From the human T2T-CHM13v2.0 reference genome, Homo sapiens, in the NCBI RefSeq assembly GCF_009914755.1, contig NC_060939.1: a DNA stretch of 64,000 bases. One strand, given 5' to 3'. Numbering within the stretch: the first letter of the stretch is position 1; the number at the start of each line of letters is the position of its first letter. This document shows positions 55,568 to 64,000 of this stretch, piece by piece. Position numbers and translations under genes: made by a program. The notes under the pieces are model-generated. The model saw only the letters and a list, made by a program, of their open reading frames with translations, was not told where the DNA came from and did no database searches.

Positions 55568-58149
55568 ACCACCACCACCACCACCACCATCACCACTACA
55601 CCATCACCACCACCACCATCATCACCACCACACCATCACCACCACCACTACCACCACCACCATCACCACCATCATCATCACCACCAGCACCACACCATCA
55701 CCACCACCATCATCATCACCACCAGCACCACACCATCACCACCACCATCATCATCACCACCAGCACCACACCATCACCACCACCATCATCACCACCAGCA
55801 CCACACCATCACCACCACCACCATCACCACCACCACTACCATTATCATCACCACCACGACCATCACTACCACATTGCCACCATCACCACCACCATCACCA
55901 CCACCACACCATCACCAACATCACCACCACCACTACCATCATCATCACCACCTCAACCATCACTACCACCACCACACCATCACCACCACCATCACTACCA
56001 CCACACCATCACCACCATCACCACCACCACCACCACCACACCATCACCACCACCATCACCACACCATCACACCATCACCACCACCACCACCATCACCACC
56101 ACCACCATCACCATCACCACCACCATTACCACACCATCACCACCACCATCACACCACCACCACCACCATCACACCACCAACACCATCACCACCACCACCA
56201 CCACACCATCACCACCACCATCACCACCACCACCACACCATCACCGCCACTACAACCACCACCACACCATCACCACCACCACCACGACCACCACCATCAC
56301 CACCACCACCACCACACCACCACCACCACCACCACATCACCACCACCACCACCACATCACCACCATCACCACCACCACCACCACACCACCACCACCACCA
56401 CCACCACATCACCATCACCATCACCACCACCACCACCATCACCACCACATCACCACCATCACCACCACCACCACCACACCATCACCACCACCACCACCAC
56501 ATCACCATCACCATCACCACCACCACCACCACACCACCACCATCACCACCACATCACCACCACCATCACCACCACCACCACCACACCACCACCACCACCA
56601 CCACATCACCATCACCATCACCATCACCACCATCATCACCACCATCACCACCACCACACCATCACCACCACCACCACCACCACCACCACCACATCACCAC
56701 CACCACCACCACATCACCACCATCACCACCACCACCACCACACCACCACCACCACCACCACCACATCACCATCACCATCACCACCACCACCACCATCACC
56801 ACCACATCACCACCATCACCACCACCACCACCACACCATCACCACCACCACCACCACATCACCATCACCATCACCACCACCACCACCACACCACCACCAT
56901 CACCACCACATCACCACCACCATCACCACCACCACCACCACACCACCACCACCACCACATCACCATCACCATCACCATCACCACCATCATCACCACCATC
57001 ACCACCACCACACCATCACCACCACCACCACCACCACCACCACACCATCACCACCACCACCACCACATCACCACCACCATCACCACCACCACCACCACAC
57101 CATCACCACCACCACCACCACATCACCATCACCATCACCACCACCACCACCACACCACCACCACCATCACCACCACCATCACCACCACCACCACCACACC
57201 ATCACCACCACCACCACATCACCATCACCACCACCACCACCACCACCACCATCACCACCACATCACCATCACCACCACCACCACCACCACACCACCACCA
57301 CCATCACCACCACATCACCACCACCATCACCACCACCACCACCACACCACCACCACCACCACATCACCATCACCATCACTATCACCACCATCATCACCAC
57401 CATCACCACCACCACACCATCACCACCACCATCACCACCACCACCACCACCATCACCACCACCACCACCACCACACCATCACCATCACCACCACCACCAC
57501 CACCACCACCACACCATCACCATCACCATCACCACCATCATCACCACCATCACCACCACCACACCATCACCACCACCACACCATCACCACCACCACCACA
57601 ACCACCACCATCACCACCACCACCACACCATCACCATCACCATCACCACCATCATCACCACCATCACCACCACCACACCATCACCACCACCACCACCACA
57701 ACCACCACCACCACACCATCACCACCACCACCACCACCACACCATCACCACCACCACCACCACCACCACCACACCATCACCACCACCACCACCACCACCA
57801 CCACACCATCACCACCACCACCACCACCACACCATCACCACCACCACCACCACCACACCATCACCACCACCACCATCACCACCACCACCACACTGTCACC
57901 AACACCACACCATCACCATCATTACCACCACCACCACCATCACCATCACCACCACCACCACCATCACCAATACCACCACCACCATCACCATCACCACCAC
58001 CACCAATACCACCACCACCATCACCATCACCACCACCACCAACACACCATCACCATCATCACCACCATCATCACCACCATCACCATCTCCACACCATCAC
58101 CACCACCACCACCACCACCATCACCATCACCACCACCACCACCATCACC
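55568..58149. repeat. ~2.6 kb (CAC/CAT)n = (GGT/GAT)n imperfect trinucleotide array (VNTR)
   Basis: Directly visible. The top strand is almost G-free, with periodic CA dinucleotide phase shifts and an internal ~357-bp duplication. Confidence 0.99.
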
Positions 58150-59177
58150 GAACTCCTGACCTCAAGTGATCCACCCACCTTGAACTCCTGACCTCAAGTG
58201 ATCCACCCACCTGGGCCCCCTAAAGTGCTGGGATTACAGACATGAGCCACCTTGCCCAGCCCTTTTCTGTGATTCTTTTGCTTATTAGTTGCTTTTGCTG
58301 TTCTGATTAGGAGGAAAGCAAAGGTCCTGCTTCCGCAAATATGGGGATATAGGAAACTACAAGGACGCCCATAAAAGTACCAAGTGTGACCTTTGTGCTA
58401 CAGTCCTTCTTTCTCGGGTTCTCTTTCTGGCAGCTGTGAAAATGGCCGCGGTGGCAACAGTGGAGGCAGATGGCTCCCCGGCAACTCAAATAGCTTGTAC
58501 TTGATGAAAACATGCTCACTCCTTCTGCTACTGCTTCCCTAGGGGCCCTCGCCAGGAAGGTGTGAGCCTCCTCAGGCTGAGCATGGGGCATGAGAAGAAA
58601 GGACTGGGCTCTGGAGGGCTCCAGCATTTAAGGAGCAGGAGGAGGTTGGGGAGCCAGAGGAAGTGGTCAGAGAGGTGAGAGGAGAGCCAGGAGAGTGCAG
58701 GCGCGGAAGCAAGGAGGTTCTCCAGGGCGCCTTGGTCACAGGGTCAGAACGGGCAGAGCCAGTGAGAACTCAGCTGCAAAGAAGCCAGAGGCAGCTCTGC
58801 AAGTCCTGCCTTGGGAGAGGCTGAGATTGGTTCTGGAGTGAACAGGGCAAAGCCGCTAGCAGGAGGTGTGTGTGTTGCACGTTCCTTTGTGTGTGTGTGG
58901 GCGGAGAAGAGGCTTGGGGATGTAAACTCTGGAAGAAGACATCCAAGAAGCTAATACAAGTGGTTACTTATTAGGGGACAGACAGTGAGGACAACGGGAG
59001 CAGGAGGATGAGCTATTCACTGTCTTTTTGGATTGCTTTGATTTTTGGACCGCGTGAAGGTTCACGTATTGAAAATAAAAAGGCCGGACGTGGTGGCTCA
59101 CGCCTGCAATCCCAGCACATTGGGAGGCGAAGGTGGGCAGATCACCTAAGGTCAGGAGTTCGAGACCAGCCTGATCA

Positions 59178-59336
<159 letters not shown>

Positions 59337-59375
59337 CTAGGCAACAAGAGCGAAACTCCGCCTCAAAAAAAAAAA

Positions 59376-59407
<32 letters not shown>

Positions 59408-59522
59408 AGAAAAAAGAAAAGAAAGAAAAAATTTAAATCTAGTAACTTAAAGGGCTGAAACATGTCCAGTGGCTATGTCACTTGGAATAGCATTGGTGAC
59501 CTCAGGGGAGAAATTTTGGTGA

Positions 59523-60848
<1,326 letters not shown>

Positions 60849-61192
60849 GGACAAAAGGGACTTTGCCTGTGAGAGGAGGGATGGAAGCAGGGCAGTGCCA
60901 GAGGTAGACTAAAGGTCAGGGTGGCCTAGTTTGTTGTTCCTCCAGCTTGGGAGAGATCAGAAGATGGAAGGTTAGAAATGGAGGATGATGGAGCACAGAG
61001 GGTTGGAACTGAGAGCCCAGGCAGCCCAGTGAGCCCCGCTGGGGCTGAGCATAGGGTAGCCTGAGGCCTGGATAGGTGTGGGGTCACAGGGACAGCCCAC
61101 GATTTTTGTATTTTTGGATATTTATGCTTTGTGGAGGGTTGTGCAGATAGCTTCTGAGGCCCTTGCCCGTCTGTTTTTCTGTGATTCGAGAG

Positions 61193-62030
61193 CAGTGCTT
61201 TCAACAGAACTTTCTACAATAATGTTAACGTGCTATACCTGTGCTGTGCAATATGGCAGCCACTAACCACATATGACTATTGGGTGCTTGAAATGTGGCT
61301 GGGGTGACTTAGGAACTGAATTTCTAAACTTATTGAATGTTTTTAACTCTTGTTTTAAATTGAGATATAATTGACATATCACGCTCTGCACATATTTAAA
61401 GGGTACAGTTTGGTAAGTTTTGGGACATGAGCACACCCCTGTGAAACCATCACCACAATCAGGACAGTGAACACGTGCAGGACCCACACGAGTTTCCTCC
61501 TGCATCTTTGTAATCCCTCCCTCCCACCCTTCCCTGCTCCCACTAATCCCCAGACAACTACAGACCTGCTTTCAGTCATGATAGGTTGCATTTTTTGGAA
61601 TTTTACTTTTGCCCCATCTTACGATGCTGAGCGTTTTTAAGAATTCCATATAAGTGGAATCCTACAGTATTTACTCTTTTTGGTCTGTCCCTTTTGCTCA
61701 GCATAATTCTTTTGAGATTCATCCATGTCATTGTGTTTATCAATAATTAATTCCTTCTTATCGCCCAGCAGTATTCCATTGTGTGGATATGCTATGATTT
61801 GTTTATCCATTCATCTGTGGATAAATATATTTTCCCCAGTTTTTAGCCATTGTGACTAAAGCTGCTATGAACATCATTATATGAGTCTTTGGACATATGC
61901 TTTAATTTTTCATGGGTAAATACCAAAGAACGGAATGGCTAGATCATATAGTAGAATTTAATTTTGATTAATTCTAACTAACATTAAATGGCCAAATGTG
62001 GCTAGTGATTACCATATTGGACAGCACAGT
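61193..62030. mobile_element. MER3-like element split by a minus-strand L1MB-type 3' fragment (~61350-61950)
   Basis: AATATGGCAGCCACTAACCACAT...ATGTGGCTAGTG.TTACCATATTGGACAGCACAG flanks L1 3' UTR sequence. Confidence 0.7.
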
Positions 62031-63169
62031 TCCGAAGTATATTCTTTAATCCAGTGATTCTGTAACAGGGAAAGACTTCCCCTCCTTCTGTAAAATCTGA
62101 ATTTATTTGCTCATCATTCACTGAGCAAAGATTTATTGAGGTTCACTTTGTGCCCTGCATTGTGGTGGTCACTAAGGATGGGATGGGGCAAGATGGACAT
62201 GGGCCCTGTCCTCAAGGTTCTTGTAGTCTAATGGACTCAGTTTGGTTGGGCCATGGGTGTGTTCAACATTGAAGTCTGCTGAGAAATCGGAGGATGAATC
62301 CAAAGCAAAGTTATAAAGTGGAGTGGTTTCTGTTAAGGCATTGAGATGTCCCCAGGAGAGGTGTGGGGTTTGGTGAAGGATCGAGGCTTTCCCACTCCTA
62401 CTGAGATAACCTGTAAAATGAGAAGCAGGTACAGGGATGAGGGAGGTGAGTTTGGAGGATGGGGTGTAGTTGTTGGTGAACCTGGTGTTTCAGGTGTGTG
62501 TGGGGTGCTTATTGTGAAGGAAGTGGGGGAGGAGGACGTACTGTGCTAGTACAGCTGTGCCTGTCCTGGGGATGTGGGGGAACAGTTGGGGAAGATTCAG
62601 CTCCTGAGAAACCCCTAGCAATCCGAGCTCTCATTCTGTCACTGTGACACGACATACACACATCTCTCGTTAGGTCTCTCCCTAGAGAAAAACTATTTTT
62701 AGGCCATGATTGGGTGGGTGTGGATGCATTGAACCAAGAAGCTTCCTAAGAATTTTTAGGTCCTTCTGCTCATGACTCATCAGGTTCTGCTCCTAATTCT
62801 GCAGAAGCAGCTCCAACCATAGGCTTCTGGTGGAAGGATGAGGGAAGGGGCTGTGATAGGATGTCACTCCTGCGCTGATGACATGTTCGGAGCTGGGATG
62901 ATTATGAGTGATGGTTTGTGAAGCAGACCCTGCGTCCTACTGGTATATTTAAGTTCGTGGTTTTGAACCTGTTAGTAGGGTGCTTGGAAAGCTGGTGAGG
63001 CCAGGGAAGCTTCTAGTGAGGCTAGGGAAGCTCAGGAACCCTAAATAGGAATAATGACAACCATAGCCACCATTTATTGAATACTAACATATGCCAGGCA
63101 TTTTGCATGCATTATTTCATTTAATTCTCACAACAGTCCTATGAAGTCAGCTAATGTTATGAGTCCCCA

Positions 63170-63638
63170 TGTAACTGAGTGCCCCGAAATGAGTTGTCTT
63201 CTCTCCCCTTTCCCACTGTTCCCTATTTTCTACTTAGCCCTTCAGAAATGCAAATACAACCTTTCACCTCCCCCTCACCAGACACTCCCTGCAGACAAGT
63301 TCTTCTGTGTGCTCCAAGACAGATCTCTCTTGAGAGTTGGCAGATTTGCAGACCAAGTCATGCCCACCACGGAACTTTCACCTCCAGAGGGTTGCCTTGG
63401 GACATTCATCCACAAGGAGGGCACAGCAAAATCACACCCTTTTCCCACTTGGCCACTTTTACAACTTCTGCCCAGGAAGGTGCCAACTCAACCGGATGGT
63501 AAATAAGGCACCAAACTAGCAGTGGGACCCCCTGCCCTTATTCATTCCCCTCTTACTTTATCAAAGTGTCTCCTTTCTGCTCCAGAGGGGAAGTAGCACA
63601 TTTGAAGGCAGGACACTTTGTGCCCCTCCCCAAGCTAG
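63170..63638 (+). mobile_element. ERV1 LTR (MER72-like), interrupted by MER4A
   Basis: Starts TGTAACTGAGT.CCCC, just after a MIR fragment; family uncertain. Confidence 0.5.
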
Positions 63639-64000
63639 TGTGAAAGGAAAATAAATCTTGGGGCCCTGAAATCATGAAGCTAAAGGAAAAAGTCAAGCTG
63701 GGAACTGCTTAGGGACCTTTGTTCACTGAAATAAGTGCATATCTGATTGCTTCCTTTGGAGAGGCTAATCAGAAACTCAAAAGAATGCTGTTTGTCTCTT
63801 ATCTACCTATGACCTGTAAGCCCCCTCCCCGCTTTGAGTCTTCCCACCTTTCCAGACCGAACCAGTGTTCATCTTGCATATGTTGACTGACGTCGCATGT
63901 CTCCCTAGCACGTATAAAAGGGAAAACTTTGCTCTGACCACCTTGGGCACATGTCGTCAGGACTTCCTGAGGCTGTGTCACCGGTGCACATCCTCAACTC
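63639..64000 (+). mobile_element. MER4A-type LTR, running off the window end
   Basis: TGTGAAAGGAAAATAAATCTTGGGGCCC...AAGTCAAGCTGGGAACTGCTTAGGG; TATAAAA at ~63913. Confidence 0.8.

Noticed and set aside
55486-58191. 901-aa and 866-aa His/Thr/Pro ORFs
   Set aside because: They are open only because the CAC/CAT strand cannot form stop codons. They start at TTG, end in an Alu, and have no splice or polyA context.

Overview
Alu-rich human (primate) genomic DNA. I recognise the locus as 15q21.1 from the encoded proteins, not from a database search. Positions 1-15.6 kb hold the last six coding exons (328 codons) of the + strand AAA+ ATPase gene AFG2B/SPATA5L1, including its whole D2 domain and a likely intronic-polyA short isoform. 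Positions 24.4-27.5 kb hold the complete + strand gene C15orf48 (NMES1/MOCCI/COXFA4L3). It has a TATA/CpG-island promoter, encodes an 83-aa NDUFA4 paralogue, and carries the MIR147B hairpin in its 3' UTR. This protein-plus-miRNA system is the most striking biology here, but it is already described. The remaining ~36 kb has no supportable protein-coding gene. It is a mosaic of Alu, L1/L2/MIR, DNA transposons (MER2, Tigger2-like, MER1B, MER58, MER5, MER63, MADE1) and solo LTRs (MER11, LTR18-like, MLT2B/MST, MER4). Less obvious features are: a divergent CTCF cluster at 51.9-53.1 kb in which a 36-bp site is duplicated and one copy interrupts an old L1; motif-dense candidate inflammatory enhancers at ~42.5 and ~50.8 kb between convergent CTCF sites around C15orf48; a MER11 LTR flanked by an abnormal 25-bp duplication; and a 2.6-kb (CAC/CAT)n array with higher-order structure fused to a truncated Alu. 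Repeat subfamily names are recalled from consensus sequences, and repeat boundaries are approximate unless a TSD or TIR is quoted.
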